From sequence record SRR31156797_7071: 57,896 nt of DNA; one strand, given 5' to 3'. The translations under genes and the position numbers were made by a program. This document shows, piece after piece, positions 46,470 to 56,880 of the stretch; position 1 is the stretch's first letter, and each line of letters starts with the position of its first letter. The notes beneath the pieces are model-generated. The model was not told where the DNA came from. It saw only the letters and a program-made list of their open reading frames with translations, and did no database searches.

Positions 46470-47873
46470 TCAATCTTTTTTAAAAAGGGAAGATTTCAGG
46501 TTGAATCTTGATAGCATCTTCTGCACTGCAACCCGGGAAAGTCCTGAAATGCGTGCGGCTTCTGAAACATTGCCTCCGGTGCTGGTCAAGATGTCACTGA
46601 TGTAGCTGCGACTGAAACTGTCCACCAGTTGCTGCTTGGCGTCTTTAAAGGACATGTCCGGTGCGGGAATATTTTCTCCTGCGGTGTGGATGGTGCCTTT
46701 TGCCATATCCACAGCCAGCATGGTTATGGATTCTCCAGTGCTGAATACAGCCAGCTTGCGCATGGTGTTTTGCAGTTCCCGGACATTTCCGGTCCAGTTC
46801 TGAGCGCTTAAATGTCCGATAACTGCCGGGTCCAGTTCTTTTTCCGGCAGCCCTAGTTCGAAGCAGGCTTTTTGGGCAAAATAACGGGCCAGCAAAGGGA
46901 TATCTCCGGTCCGTTGTTTCAGCGGGGGTAGATTTAATGGGAGTACATTCAAACGGTGATAGAGGTCTTCACGAAAAGTTTTTTCAGCCACCCGCCGGGG
47001 CAAGTCCTGATTGGTGGAGGCAAGGACCCTTACGTCTATGTTTTTGGAGCGGTCTGAACCGACAGGACGAATTTCGCCTTCCTGCAGGACGCGTAACAGC
47101 TTGGCCTGGGTTTCCAGTGGAACATCGCCGATTTCATCCAGTAGGATTGTCCCGCCGTCTGCGCGCATAAATAGCCCTTCGCGGTCATGGTCAGCACCAC
47201 TGAAAGCTCCTTTAATGTGCCCAAAAAGTTCGCTTTCCAGCAGATTGTCGGGAATAGCCGTGCAGTTGACGGTTACATATGGTCGTTCAGCACGTGAACT
47301 TAAATCGCGGACCATCCCGGCTACAAGTTCCTTGCCTGTGCCGGATTCTCCCATGATCAGAACATTATAGTCTGTGCGGGCCACAGCGCCGATGGATTGC
47401 TTCAGTTGCTGCATGACCGGACTCTGGCCCAGTAAGCGGTCCTTGCGCTGTTCAATCTGTTCCCGCAGCAGTCGGTTTTCTTCAAGCAGACGGCTTCTTT
47501 CCAGCCCCTTGCTGATGACCCGAAACAGGTTGTCCTGTTCAATGGGCTTGGTGACGAAATCATATGCCCCGGCCTTGAGGGCACCTACTGCGGTCTCCAC
47601 AGTTCCGTGCGCGGTGAGCATGACCGCGGAAAGTAAATTGTTTTGCGCAAGTGCGGTTTTCAAAAGTTCAAGCCCGCTCATCCCGGGCATCTGGAGGTCA
47701 CTGACCATCAGGTTTACCTGCTGTGACTTAAGCATAGCAAGTGCCTGCTCTCCGTTGAAAGCTGCGAGTACTTCATTCTCAGGGAAAGCCTCTTCAATCA
47801 GCCTTTTAATTCCCCGGGCAAAGTCTTCCTGATCGTCGACTATCAGTATTTTTTGCTGGTTTGTATCAACCAT
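46470..47873 (-). CDS. NtrC-family sigma-54 response regulator
   Basis: ILIVDD, SDLQMPG, GESGTGKE, GAFSGA, FREDLYHRL, GGNVSEAARISG. Confidence 0.95.
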   Translation of the reverse strand: MVDTNQQKILIVDDQEDFARGIKRLIEEAFPENEVLAAFNGEQALAMLKSQQVNLMVSDLQMPGMSGLELLKTALAQNNLLSAVMLTAHGTVETAVGALKAGAYDFVTKPIEQDNLFRVISKGLERSRLLEENRLLREQIEQRKDRLLGQSPVMQQLKQSIGAVARTDYNVLIMGESGTGKELVAGMVRDLSSRAERPYVTVNCTAIPDNLLESELFGHIKGAFSGADHDREGLFMRADGGTILLDEIGDVPLETQAKLLRVLQEGEIRPVGSDRSKNIDVRVLASTNQDLPRRVAEKTFREDLYHRLNVLPLNLPPLKQRTGDIPLLARYFAQKACFELGLPEKELDPAVIGHLSAQNWTGNVRELQNTMRKLAVFSTGESITMLAVDMAKGTIHTAGENIPAPDMSFKDAKQQLVDSFSRSYISDILTSTGGNVSEAARISGLSRVAVQKMLSRFNLKSSLFKKD

Positions 47874-50308
47874 TAATCATCCTTAGCATTCAGGGGGAAT
47901 TTCAGGGTGAACACGGCTCCGGACAATTCTCCTTTGTCCTCATTGCCGTTTTCCACTTCAATTGAACCACCGATGTCGCTCATAAAACCAAATACCACAG
48001 CCAGCCCGAGCCCGGAACCTTTGTTTACTTCTTTAGTGGTGTAAAACGGGTCGAAAACATATTGCAAATCTTCCTGCGCGATGCCGGGGCCGTTATCCAT
48101 AATCTTGAATACAACCTGTTCCGGTTCTTCCAGAGTGAGGGTGACTTTTAATCTGCCCTCATTTTCCGGCACTGCATCAAGGCCGTTTAAAAGTAGGTTG
48201 GCAACGATATGTTCAAGGGCCTGCGGTTCAACATTAAGTTTAGGAATTGATTCATCAAGATCAAGGTCTATTCTCGCCCTCTGTTTGTCGGCCTGAATGC
48301 GGAATACATCGGCTACTTCGCGGATAATGCCGGCAAACTCAGTTCCGGTTGCCGAGGAAACCTTGGGACGTGCAAAATTCAACAGATCTTTGAGCACGGT
48401 CTGGGCTTGTCTGGTGTGTTTGAGAATTACTTCAATATCTTCCGCACCCTGACCGTTGGCCCCTTTTTTCAAAAGTTCCGCATAGCAGAGAATGACACCC
48501 AGCGGATTGTTGATTTCATGAGCCAGTCCCGCGGAAAGTTTACCCACGGTTGCCATTTTCTCAGCCTGAGTCATCTGCGCCAGCATTTTCTTCTGGCTGG
48601 TTGTTTCATGGACGTAGACAACTACCCTGCGTTCATGAGGATTTTCCGCGTCGTGAATGGGGTAGATGTTGATGGCAAAAGAACGACCTTCCGGCAGGGA
48701 CACTTCCCGTGAAAGGGGTTCATTCATAAGTAGTGATTTAGAAATACCGCAATTAGCTGAATCGCCCGGTCCGTGGCAGAGCAGGCTGACAACCCCTCCG
48801 TCAGTGATGCAGCCTTCGGATAGTTCTTCCCCAAGTTTGCGGGCAGATTCGTTTGCTACAATAGGGGCTCCGGTTCCGTCGGCAAGAAGCAGCGGGTCGC
48901 TGATACCTTCAAAAATTGATTGCAGATTGGTGTTGTGGCGCACAATGCTGTTCAGGGCGGAAATGCTGTCCGCTGCAATTCCCAGCTGGCGTCCGATGGC
49001 CCGTAATACTATCCGGTCTTTTTCCCGGAAAGAAGAACCTTCTCGGCGGAAGAGGCAAAGCAATCCTTCGGCGCTTCCAGAGGAAGATTCCACGGGAATA
49101 TAGGCCCGGTCATCAAGGATGAGCGAAACTGAGTCTGTCAGTAGTTCCACCCAGTTGTCCGGGAGTTCCGGGCGTTCCGTATTTTCCGGTATAGAGTAGA
49201 AATTTTTGCTGGAAAAAGTACAGACATATGCCGTCCGTTCAAGATTGAACCGCTTGTGAATCAGGGGCAGGGCCACTTTCCAGAGTTCCGCCCGTGACTG
49301 GCTTAGGCTGGACCCGGCCAGCAGCTGGACAAAAAGCTCCACGTCAGACTGGCGGGCAAAGGCTTCCTGTTCCAGATCTCCGGTGCGTTCCTCGACCATC
49401 TTTTCCAGATTGGAGGCATAGTTCTGGAGTTTCTGGCGGGTATCAAACATGTAGTCGCTGAGTTTCTCAATGCCGCCGATCATTTCGCCTATTTCATCTT
49501 CCTGTTCCACCTCGCGGAACAGGGCCACTCCTTTTTCATCGCTGAAATTGCGGCGGAAGTTGGTGGTCAGAATGCGGATGTTGTTGGCTACGATACGCTT
49601 GAAAAGCATATTGGTGGCACCGAGATAGAGCAGAACTGCCAGCAGAAAGACCCCGATGTAGCTCATTATGGTGTTTTGAATGTGAGCCACGGATGCGCTG
49701 ACAGGCAAGCCCACGAAATCAATGCCCCCAACGCTGTCTGGAGTATGGTTGAATCCGCGGTTTCCGTATAGTTCAATCAATTCTACCGGAGCATCTTCGA
49801 TTTTACCGTGACAGCGCAGGCAGCTTTTTTTGAACACCGCAGGGCGGGCCATGATAAAGTTCTTTTCACCTTTGATGTTTTTATAGCCTTCCCAAAGTTT
49901 TTGCTCCGGGTTTTTTCGGAAATATTCAATCAGTTCCAGCTCAATTCCCTTTGCCTCATAGGCTGGGTTGCGGGATTTCTCAGCCACACGGCGGTAGGTG
50001 AAGCTTGAAGGTTCATTTTCATCACGGGCCATGATGTTGCGGGTTACAAACGAAGAGGACATGGCCTGAATGGTGAATTTATTCGGTAGCTCTTTATACA
50101 TCTGGGGCCGGAGCACACCGCGCACGTAATTCTGCACTGAATCCACCTGTCCGAAAACCATGCGCGCTTTTTCGCGTACAACGTTTTCAAGTACTTGGCT
50201 CATGTGCGTGGAAAAGCCCGCAAAAAGAACACCACCGATGACCAGAGAGGTCAGGATGAGGCTCAGTAGAAATTTGCTTTGAATGGAGTATGGTCTGGGG
50301 AGTTTCAT
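47873..50308 (-). CDS. Sensor histidine kinase with periplasmic c-type heme (DUF3365-like) domain, GAF/PAS-like region
   Basis: TM...YRRVA..SRNP...ARP..KSCLRCHG (CxxCH)...TM; H-box LAHEINNPL; DNGPG; GSGLGL. Confidence 0.92.
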   Translation of the reverse strand: MKLPRPYSIQSKFLLSLILTSLVIGGVLFAGFSTHMSQVLENVVREKARMVFGQVDSVQNYVRGVLRPQMYKELPNKFTIQAMSSSFVTRNIMARDENEPSSFTYRRVAEKSRNPAYEAKGIELELIEYFRKNPEQKLWEGYKNIKGEKNFIMARPAVFKKSCLRCHGKIEDAPVELIELYGNRGFNHTPDSVGGIDFVGLPVSASVAHIQNTIMSYIGVFLLAVLLYLGATNMLFKRIVANNIRILTTNFRRNFSDEKGVALFREVEQEDEIGEMIGGIEKLSDYMFDTRQKLQNYASNLEKMVEERTGDLEQEAFARQSDVELFVQLLAGSSLSQSRAELWKVALPLIHKRFNLERTAYVCTFSSKNFYSIPENTERPELPDNWVELLTDSVSLILDDRAYIPVESSSGSAEGLLCLFRREGSSFREKDRIVLRAIGRQLGIAADSISALNSIVRHNTNLQSIFEGISDPLLLADGTGAPIVANESARKLGEELSEGCITDGGVVSLLCHGPGDSANCGISKSLLMNEPLSREVSLPEGRSFAINIYPIHDAENPHERRVVVYVHETTSQKKMLAQMTQAEKMATVGKLSAGLAHEINNPLGVILCYAELLKKGANGQGAEDIEVILKHTRQAQTVLKDLLNFARPKVSSATGTEFAGIIREVADVFRIQADKQRARIDLDLDESIPKLNVEPQALEHIVANLLLNGLDAVPENEGRLKVTLTLEEPEQVVFKIMDNGPGIAQEDLQYVFDPFYTTKEVNKGSGLGLAVVFGFMSDIGGSIEVENGNEDKGELSGAVFTLKFPLNAKDD

Positions 50309-50447
50309 ATTATGCCGCCTGCTTAGAACAGTACAACCGGGACACCCGTTGTCAAGTCCGTGATCCTTGACTGTCGTTGTCTGTGGAGGGTATTGTCTTA
50401 TTAAATGGGGTGTTTTTTTTTAGATTGATTGTGAACAGGGGGGGCTT

Positions 50448-50792
50448 ATGAGCAGTTTATTCCAATTTTTCGCAGCAGTTATGGCTGGATTCATTACTGC
50501 CGATCTGTTTGTTCGGAGCTGGAACAGTTTTTTGGAATGCGCAGCGTCTTTGGTTCTCTTTGTTCAGAAAAAGATTTCGGCTAAAACATTTTTTTCCCGT
50601 GTGGGAAGTTCATTCCCCATAATAATTCTTTGCTTACTTCTCCTTATCCTTTCTTTTAAAGTGTATTTTTCCAAACTCGGATTTGGCCTCACAGAACTTG
50701 AGCAGTTAGGCTATTTTCTTGGAGCCGTACCCCGCACCGGATATTATCTGGTTTCAGCTAGCAAGGGCATTGATGCTATGTTTAAGCCTTAA
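50448..50792 (+). CDS. Hypothetical membrane protein
   Basis: 114-aa hydrophobic ORF filling the gap between flanking genes; G-rich RBS. Confidence 0.6.
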   Translation: MSSLFQFFAAVMAGFITADLFVRSWNSFLECAASLVLFVQKKISAKTFFSRVGSSFPIIILCLLLLILSFKVYFSKLGFGLTELEQLGYFLGAVPRTGYYLVSASKGIDAMFKP

Positions 50793-50819
50793 TAAAAGGT
50801 TTTGGGAGCCCCCGCGAGG

Positions 50820-51077
50820 TTACTCCGGGCCGGGGCCGTGGGGCAGATATTCCATGGAACTGCGGGCGTTGTGGTCAGCATGCCCCACTATTTCCACGTC
50901 CGTGTAGTAAAATTCACCTGTTTCAATATCCGATTCGATCACGAAATCTGCCAGTGTGCGGAAAGCCGGGGTTGTGTCTATGAGCATGGGACCGGCCACA
51001 AAGACCATGGCCCAGATTATGGAGCAGGTGGCGAAGAAAGAAACAATCCTGAAGCCGAGTGATTTATTTTCCATCAT
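50820..51077 (-). CDS. Small hypothetical membrane protein downstream of yeiH-like gene
   Basis: AAGGA RBS before MMENKSLG; one TM; IETGEFYYTDVE. Confidence 0.65.
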   Translation of the reverse strand: MMENKSLGFRIVSFFATCSIIWAMVFVAGPMLIDTTPAFRTLADFVIESDIETGEFYYTDVEIVGHADHNARSSMEYLPHGPGPE

Positions 51078-51145
51078 AAATTCCTTTTTAAGGGCGGAGG
51101 GAAGCGACTGGCGCCTCCCTCCTTGTGTGGGGTGATTTCGATTGT

Positions 51146-52897
51146 CTAGATTTTGGAAGTAATGTCCGGGAAGACCACGTAGAACATGAGGTAAGCCATG
51201 ATCAGGGTCAGGCACAGGTTGAGAGACTGACCGCATACGTAAAGGATGAGCGGCTTTCCGCCTTTGAAGTAGTGCTTAAGTTCGCGGAAGTTGGTTGCCA
51301 GTCCGATTGCTGCAAAGGAGAGGCAGAAGAACCAGCCGCGGAAGATGCGGGAGAAGCCGCGCAGCACGCCCTGATCGATCATGGTAAATCCGGCGTCGGA
51401 ACCAAGTGAGGAGTAGACGATGGAGAAGATTACGGATGCGGTCAGGAAGCCGAGCACGAATTTGGGGAAACGGTGCCAGATTTCCATGGCGTGTACTTTC
51501 TTTCCTTCAACAGCTTCAACCTTGGTGGCCCAGAAGATGGCGATACCGAATGCGGTCACACCGATAAGTACGTTCTGGATCATTTTGATGGTTGCTGCCA
51601 CGTAAAGGGCCTTTTCTGAAAGGAAGGCCCCGGCTGCTGCAACAGCCCCGGTGGCGTCGATGGTTCCACCCATCCATGCTCCGCCGAGAATAAAAGGCAT
51701 CCCGGTGCCCTTAATGATTGCGGGCATGACGATCATCATGATCGAAGTGAAGACAAGGGAAAGGCCGATTGCGAGAGTCAGCTCTTCCTTTTTTGCTTTA
51801 CAAGCTGCTGCAGCGGCAATTGCTGCGGAAGTTCCGCAAACAGACATATCCGCGGAGATGACCATGTTCAGGGTTTTGGATGGAACCTTGATGACTTTCT
51901 GACCGAAGATGAAGGTAGTGATCAGAACAACCGGGGTTACAACCCATGCTACAAAGATGCCGGGAATTCCGATGGCGACAACCTTGTTAAACAGAACTTC
52001 CGCACCGAGCAGAACCAGACCGGTTTTGATGAAAAATTCAACCTGCAGGGCTTTCTTGGCCCAGGTAGGAGTACCGATGGTGTTGGAGATGACCAGACCG
52101 ATGGCAATTGCCCATGCTGCGTATCCGATACCATACTGTTTCATGGTTGCCTGGTTGGCCATGAGGTATGAGACAATGGCAACGGCGAAAACCAATCCAA
52201 AACCCTTGAGAAAGGTTTTGGCGTCACCGTCGATGAAGCGCATACCTATTGCGAAGAATAATCCGAATCCGACCATGAGCGCCAAGAGAGACGGAATCAG
52301 GTTATAAGGCTTGTTCTTGATTTTCTTTTTGGCGGAGCTTTCTTTGGCGCGCAGTTTCAACCATGATTCAATTGATGCTGAAGCTGCGGTGTTCAGGCTT
52401 GCATCTTTGAATCCGGCCTGTTCCGCTTTCAGCTGTGCTGCGAAGGCGGCTGTTTTAGCAGCGGTAGCAGCAGCTTTGGTCTTCTCGTATTTAGGCATGG
52501 CTGCTGCGTTTTTAGCATCAGCCTGTTCCTGAGTCTGGATGAAAGCGTCCAGCGGGTTGGTGGTCCATTTTTTGGGCTTAGCCATAAAAGCTTTAATGGA
52601 TTTACCGACGGGCTGGTTCTTGGCCTTGATTTTTTCCTTGGCGGTCTGTGCTTCGTACCAAGCTACGGTTTTAAAGGGAGCGCGGGCGGCTTCCTCAGTC
52701 ATGATCGCGTTTTGCTTGGCGAACTTTGCTTCCATGTCCGCAGGCTTGTTGTTGAAAAAGATTATCGCGCCAACGGTCAGGATCAGGAATCCCAGCCAGA
52801 TGGCCCAGTAATCTTCTTTTTTCCAGAGGTCGGACCAAGAGCTTGAAGCCTTGTCGACCACTACTTCGCTGTTCTGCTTAGCTGCATTTTCTGCCAT
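51146..52897 (-). CDS. YeiH/putative sulfate exporter (PSE) family transporter with long soluble insertion
   Basis: [49 protein letters not shown]. Start ATG 52897 with GGAGG. Confidence 0.9.
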   Translation of the reverse strand: MAENAAKQNSEVVVDKASSSWSDLWKKEDYWAIWLGFLILTVGAIIFFNNKPADMEAKFAKQNAIMTEEAARAPFKTVAWYEAQTAKEKIKAKNQPVGKSIKAFMAKPKKWTTNPLDAFIQTQEQADAKNAAAMPKYEKTKAAATAAKTAAFAAQLKAEQAGFKDASLNTAASASIESWLKLRAKESSAKKKIKNKPYNLIPSLLALMVGFGLFFAIGMRFIDGDAKTFLKGFGLVFAVAIVSYLMANQATMKQYGIGYAAWAIAIGLVISNTIGTPTWAKKALQVEFFIKTGLVLLGAEVLFNKVVAIGIPGIFVAWVVTPVVLITTFIFGQKVIKVPSKTLNMVISADMSVCGTSAAIAAAAACKAKKEELTLAIGLSLVFTSIMMIVMPAIIKGTGMPFILGGAWMGGTIDATGAVAAAGAFLSEKALYVAATIKMIQNVLIGVTAFGIAIFWATKVEAVEGKKVHAMEIWHRFPKFVLGFLTASVIFSIVYSSLGSDAGFTMIDQGVLRGFSRIFRGWFFCLSFAAIGLATNFRELKHYFKGGKPLILYVCGQSLNLCLTLIMAYLMFYVVFPDITSKI

Positions 52898-52966
52898 TTC
52901 TAACGTTCCTCCAAAAGTATTTTTCAAAACAGGCCGAGGCCTGCGTGTGTCCGTAGACATGCACTA

Positions 52967-52982
52967 GGCAAAAGGCGGGCCA
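52967..52982 (-). promoter_or_regulatory. Sigma-54 promoter for the yeiH-like gene
   Basis: Minus strand TGGCCC-GCCTT-TTGCC (GG-N10-GC), about 70 bp upstream of the start. Confidence 0.6.
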
Positions 52983-53227
52983 GAATTGCCCTTTGTTTAA
53001 GTGTGCGAAAACAAAGGAGTTGTTTTCGAGAGGGTGTTTACTTTGGCTTACAGTTGCTGTCTGTGGGGTGCAAAGCCCGGTTTGCAGTTTTCTTTTTGAA
53101 TAAGACTTATCTTTGTTTGCCGACGTGTGCATGTGTGCTATGCTTTTTTGAGCTCCAGTCTGATCATGTCTTTTGCAGGCAGCGTATCTATCTGATTTTC
53201 CGGCACGTATTCGAAAGCGGAGGAAGC

Positions 53228-54775
53228 ATGGAACTACTCGATTTAGGCAGGAAGCCTGTCAGTGAAGCAAAACCGGCAGGGGCAGATGCCCGTTATGAGC
53301 CGGAATACGATCTTTTGCAGCAGGAAATTGACAAGCTGGCCAGCGCCACTGCGGGAGGAGCGGTGGACTGGAAGCGTGTGGTCAAGCTTGGTTCCGCCAT
53401 TTTAAATAACAAGTCCAAGGATTTAAAAGTGGCCTCTTATTTGGGGGTAGGTCTTTTGCATCTTAAGGGTGTTGAAGGTTTGTCCGCCGGAGCCCAGCTT
53501 CTGTTCGATCTTATTTCCAATTTCTGGGATACCCTTTATCCTGCAAAAAAACGTATGCGGGGTAGGTTTGGAGCCATAAGTTGGTGGGTCGAAAATTCTG
53601 AAAAATTTCTCAAAAATTATGACGGAGCAGAGTTGCCCAAGGAAGTGGTGGACCTGCTGGATAAACGGGTTACAGATCTGGACGCGGTCTTGGCGGAAAA
53701 GTCTGAAGATGCTCCCATTCTCAGAGATTTGTCCGGCTATGTACACCGTCTTCCTGTAGAAGCTCCCCCTGAGCCGGAACAGCCGACTCTTGTTGCTGAA
53801 GGCCAGACTTCCGCCGGTTCCACTTCATCAGCTCCAGTTAGTTCTCCGGAGCAGGTTGCGGTCAGTGTGGGTAGTATCTCCTCTCCTGAAGAATGCTCTG
53901 CCGGGCTTAAAAGCGGTCTTTCCGCCCTCGCTCCTGTTTCCGAATATCTTCTTGCCAATGATCTCGCCGCAGCCGACGGTTACAGGGTGCGGCGCATGAT
54001 CGCGTGGACACCTATTTCTATTCTTCCTCCGGCGGAAAAAGGGCGAACCATGGTTCCTGCCCCGGACGGTCCGGTCAAAGATTCCATTGCCAGTCAGCTT
54101 AAGTCTGCTGATTTTGCCGGAGCCTTGCGTGAGGCCGAGTCTCGTGTCGGGGAATATCTTTTCTGGCTCGACCTGAGCCGCATGTCAGCAGAAGCTCTCA
54201 AGAGGATGGGTGAAAGCTACATCGCTGCGCTGACCGGTCTTGAACTGGAGACGCATTTTTTTGTGCAACGCTTGCCCGGTCTAGCTTCCCTGAGCTTCGC
54301 TGACGGCACTCCTTTTGCCGACCCCAAGACCCGTTCATGGTTGCAGTCCCTTGGCAAAACAGGAGCCAGCAATGTGGATGCTGATAGTGATGAAGTGGTT
54401 GAAATAATGGTCAAAGCCAATCAGCTTGCTGCGGATAAAAAAATATTTGAGGCAGTTTCACTTATTTGTGATAGGATCAATACATCTCCTTCCCTGCGCT
54501 CTGTTTTCAGATTGCGTTCCGGTTTGACCGGGTTGCTTACTGAGGAGGGGCAGGCCGGGGTGGCTCATGTGCATGCAGTTGAATTGCTGGAACAAATTGA
54601 AAGTTCAGGTCTTGCTGAATGGGAGCCGGAGCTGGCTTTGACCGGACTGCGGGTAGCCTACGAAGCGGTGGTTGCCGAGGGCGGACCGGATTCAGCAGCA
54701 AAGAGTATTGAGATTTTACAGCGTATCAGCAGGCTGAGTCCTGTTGAAGCGTTGAAGATAAACGGAGTTAACTAA
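53228..54775 (+). CDS. tssA: Type VI secretion protein TssA (ImpA N-domain, VasJ-like)
   Basis: G.DARYEPEY..L..EIDKL, VDW, SKDLKVA, FWDTLYP, FWLDL, LSFADGTPFAD, EWEP. Start ATG 53228 with GGAGG. Confidence 0.92.
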   Translation: MELLDLGRKPVSEAKPAGADARYEPEYDLLQQEIDKLASATAGGAVDWKRVVKLGSAILNNKSKDLKVASYLGVGLLHLKGVEGLSAGAQLLFDLISNFWDTLYPAKKRMRGRFGAISWWVENSEKFLKNYDGAELPKEVVDLLDKRVTDLDAVLAEKSEDAPILRDLSGYVHRLPVEAPPEPEQPTLVAEGQTSAGSTSSAPVSSPEQVAVSVGSISSPEECSAGLKSGLSALAPVSEYLLANDLAAADGYRVRRMIAWTPISILPPAEKGRTMVPAPDGPVKDSIASQLKSADFAGALREAESRVGEYLFWLDLSRMSAEALKRMGESYIAALTGLELETHFFVQRLPGLASLSFADGTPFADPKTRSWLQSLGKTGASNVDADSDEVVEIMVKANQLAADKKIFEAVSLICDRINTSPSLRSVFRLRSGLTGLLTEEGQAGVAHVHAVELLEQIESSGLAEWEPELALTGLRVAYEAVVAEGGPDSAAKSIEILQRISRLSPVEALKINGVN

Positions 54776-54820
54776 ACGGTTTGGACTGTTCCCAGAAACT
54801 TTTCAGCGGAGGTCTTGAAT

Positions 54821-55303
54821 ATGGCTAAAGAAGGTTCTGTAGCTCCCAAGGAGCGGGTCAATATTGTTTACAAGCCTGATACCGGAGACGCCAAGGAAGA
54901 GGTCGAGCTTCCTCTCAAACTGTTGGTGGTCGGTGATTTTACCCAGAAAGATGATGACCGCATGGTCGAGGACCGTGATCCGGTGAACATTGACAAGGAT
55001 AATTTCAACGAAGTGCTCAAGGCGCAGGATCTTGAACTGAACATGGGCGTTGATGACAAGCTCAGCGGTGATCCCGATGCACAGATGGCGGTCAAGCTTA
55101 AGTTTGAAAGTCTCAAAGATTTCGATCCGGACCGGATTATTAAGCAGGTTCCGGAACTGCAAAAACTTATGGAACTTCGTGAAGCCTTGAAAGCCCTGAA
55201 GAGTCCGCTCTCCAATGTACCGGAATTCAGGAAAAAGGTGCAGGAACTGGTCAAGGATGACGGCGCGCGCGAAAAGCTGCTCAAAGAACTTGGAATCGAG
55301 TAG
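54821..55303 (+). CDS. tssB: T6SS contractile sheath small subunit
   Basis: SVAPKERVNIVY, ELPLKLLVVGDF, DFDPD..QVPEL. Confidence 0.96.
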   Translation: MAKEGSVAPKERVNIVYKPDTGDAKEEVELPLKLLVVGDFTQKDDDRMVEDRDPVNIDKDNFNEVLKAQDLELNMGVDDKLSGDPDAQMAVKLKFESLKDFDPDRIIKQVPELQKLMELREALKALKSPLSNVPEFRKKVQELVKDDGAREKLLKELGIE

Positions 55304-55315
55304 GGGGGATGATCC

Positions 55316-56797
55316 ATGGCAGAAGAAAAACTTGAACAACAGCAGGCTGAGCAGTCAACAGCCGAAGTTTCGCTTCTTGATGATATTGTGGAGGCCACCA
55401 AGCTCAAGCCTGAAGACGAAGCTTATTCCGTAACCAAGGCAGGTTTGCAGGCTTTCCTTGAGGAAATGGTCAAGCCGGAACGTGAAGGAGCCAAGGTTTC
55501 CGGCAATCTCGTGGATGACATGCTGGCTCAGATTGATGCAAAACTTTCCTCCCAGATGGACAGCATTATCCACAATAAGGATTTTCAGAAAATGGAATCC
55601 TCGTGGCGGTCACTCAAATTTTTGATTGATCGTACCGATTTTCGGGAAAACGTACGCATCCAGATGATGAATGTTTCCAAGGAAGATCTGCTGGACGATT
55701 TTGACGATGCCCCTGAAATTACCAAATCCGGTCTCTATAAGCAGGCTTATACCGCGGAATACGGACAGTTCGGTGGACAGCCCTTCGGAGCCATTGTCGG
55801 TAATTATGATTTCGGTCCCGGACCGCAGGATATGAAACTGCTGCAATACACCGCCTCGGTTTCGGCCATGTCTCATGCGCCGTTTATTGCCGCTGCCGGT
55901 CCCGAGTTCTTCGGTATTGAGAAGTGGAGCGAGCTACCCAACCTTAAGGATCTCAAGTCCATTTTTGAGATGCCGCAGTACGCTAAGTGGAATTCATTCC
56001 GCGAATCAGACGATGCTCGCAATGTGGGGCTTACCCTGCCCAAATTCCTGCTCCGTCTTCCTTACGGCCCGGAAACTCTTCCGGCTAAAAGTTTTAATTA
56101 CCAAGAATCCGTATCCGACGGTGATGATGACTTCTGCTGGGGCAATACTGCATTCGCATTCGCCTCTAAGTTGACTGATTCATTTGCCAAGTACCGCTGG
56201 TGTGCAAATATCATCGGTCCGCAGGGCGGTGGAGCCGTGGAAGACCTGCCTCTCTATCAGTACGAGGCCATGGGTGCGGTGCAGACTAAAATTCCCACAC
56301 AGGTGCTTTTGTCCGAGCGCAGGGAATTCGAGCTTGCTGAGGAAGGTTTCATTGGCCTGACCATGCGTAAGGGTAGCGATAATGCTGCTTTCTTTTCCGC
56401 CAACTCCTGCCAGAAACCGAAATTCTTCGGCACCAGCAAGGAAGGTAAGGAAGCGGAGCTTAATTACAAGCTTTCCACCCAGCTGCCCTACATGATGATC
56501 ATGGATCGTCTGGCCCATTACATCAAAGTTATCCAGCGCGAAAATATCGGCACATGGAAGGAACGTGGCGATCTTGAGCGCGAACTTAACACTTGGATTT
56601 CTCAGTATGTCACCGAGATGGACAACCCCGCACCCAGTGTGCGCAGCCGCCGTCCTTTGCGTATGGCCAAGATTGAGGTCAGCGATGTGGAAGGCGATCC
56701 GGGCTGGTATCAGGTTTCACTGAAGGCCCGTCCGCACTTCAAGTATATGGGTGCTTCTTTCACCCTTTCATTGGTGGGCAAGCTGGAGAAGGAATAA
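55316..56797 (+). CDS. tssC: T6SS contractile sheath large subunit
   Basis: FQKMESSWRSL, EYGQFGGQP, HAPFIAA, FLLRLPYG, WGN, RLAHYIKV, RPHF. Confidence 0.97.
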   Translation: MAEEKLEQQQAEQSTAEVSLLDDIVEATKLKPEDEAYSVTKAGLQAFLEEMVKPEREGAKVSGNLVDDMLAQIDAKLSSQMDSIIHNKDFQKMESSWRSLKFLIDRTDFRENVRIQMMNVSKEDLLDDFDDAPEITKSGLYKQAYTAEYGQFGGQPFGAIVGNYDFGPGPQDMKLLQYTASVSAMSHAPFIAAAGPEFFGIEKWSELPNLKDLKSIFEMPQYAKWNSFRESDDARNVGLTLPKFLLRLPYGPETLPAKSFNYQESVSDGDDDFCWGNTAFAFASKLTDSFAKYRWCANIIGPQGGGAVEDLPLYQYEAMGAVQTKIPTQVLLSERREFELAEEGFIGLTMRKGSDNAAFFSANSCQKPKFFGTSKEGKEAELNYKLSTQLPYMMIMDRLAHYIKVIQRENIGTWKERGDLERELNTWISQYVTEMDNPAPSVRSRRPLRMAKIEVSDVEGDPGWYQVSLKARPHFKYMGASFTLSLVGKLEKE

Positions 56798-56880
56798 TTA
56801 GTCGAAAGAGTCCGGCTGTCGTACCCACGGCAGCCGCTGCAACGGTCAACCTTTAATCATGCATTTTGAGGAGAAGGGTT

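Noticed and set aside
53003-53227. 75-aa N-terminal extension of TssA in the ORF track
   Set aside because: Low-plausibility sequence; GGAGG precedes ATG 53228, where ImpA-like similarity begins. Similar over-extensions were trimmed for the ORFs starting at 45647, 52960, 51236, 38985, 30202 and 27231.
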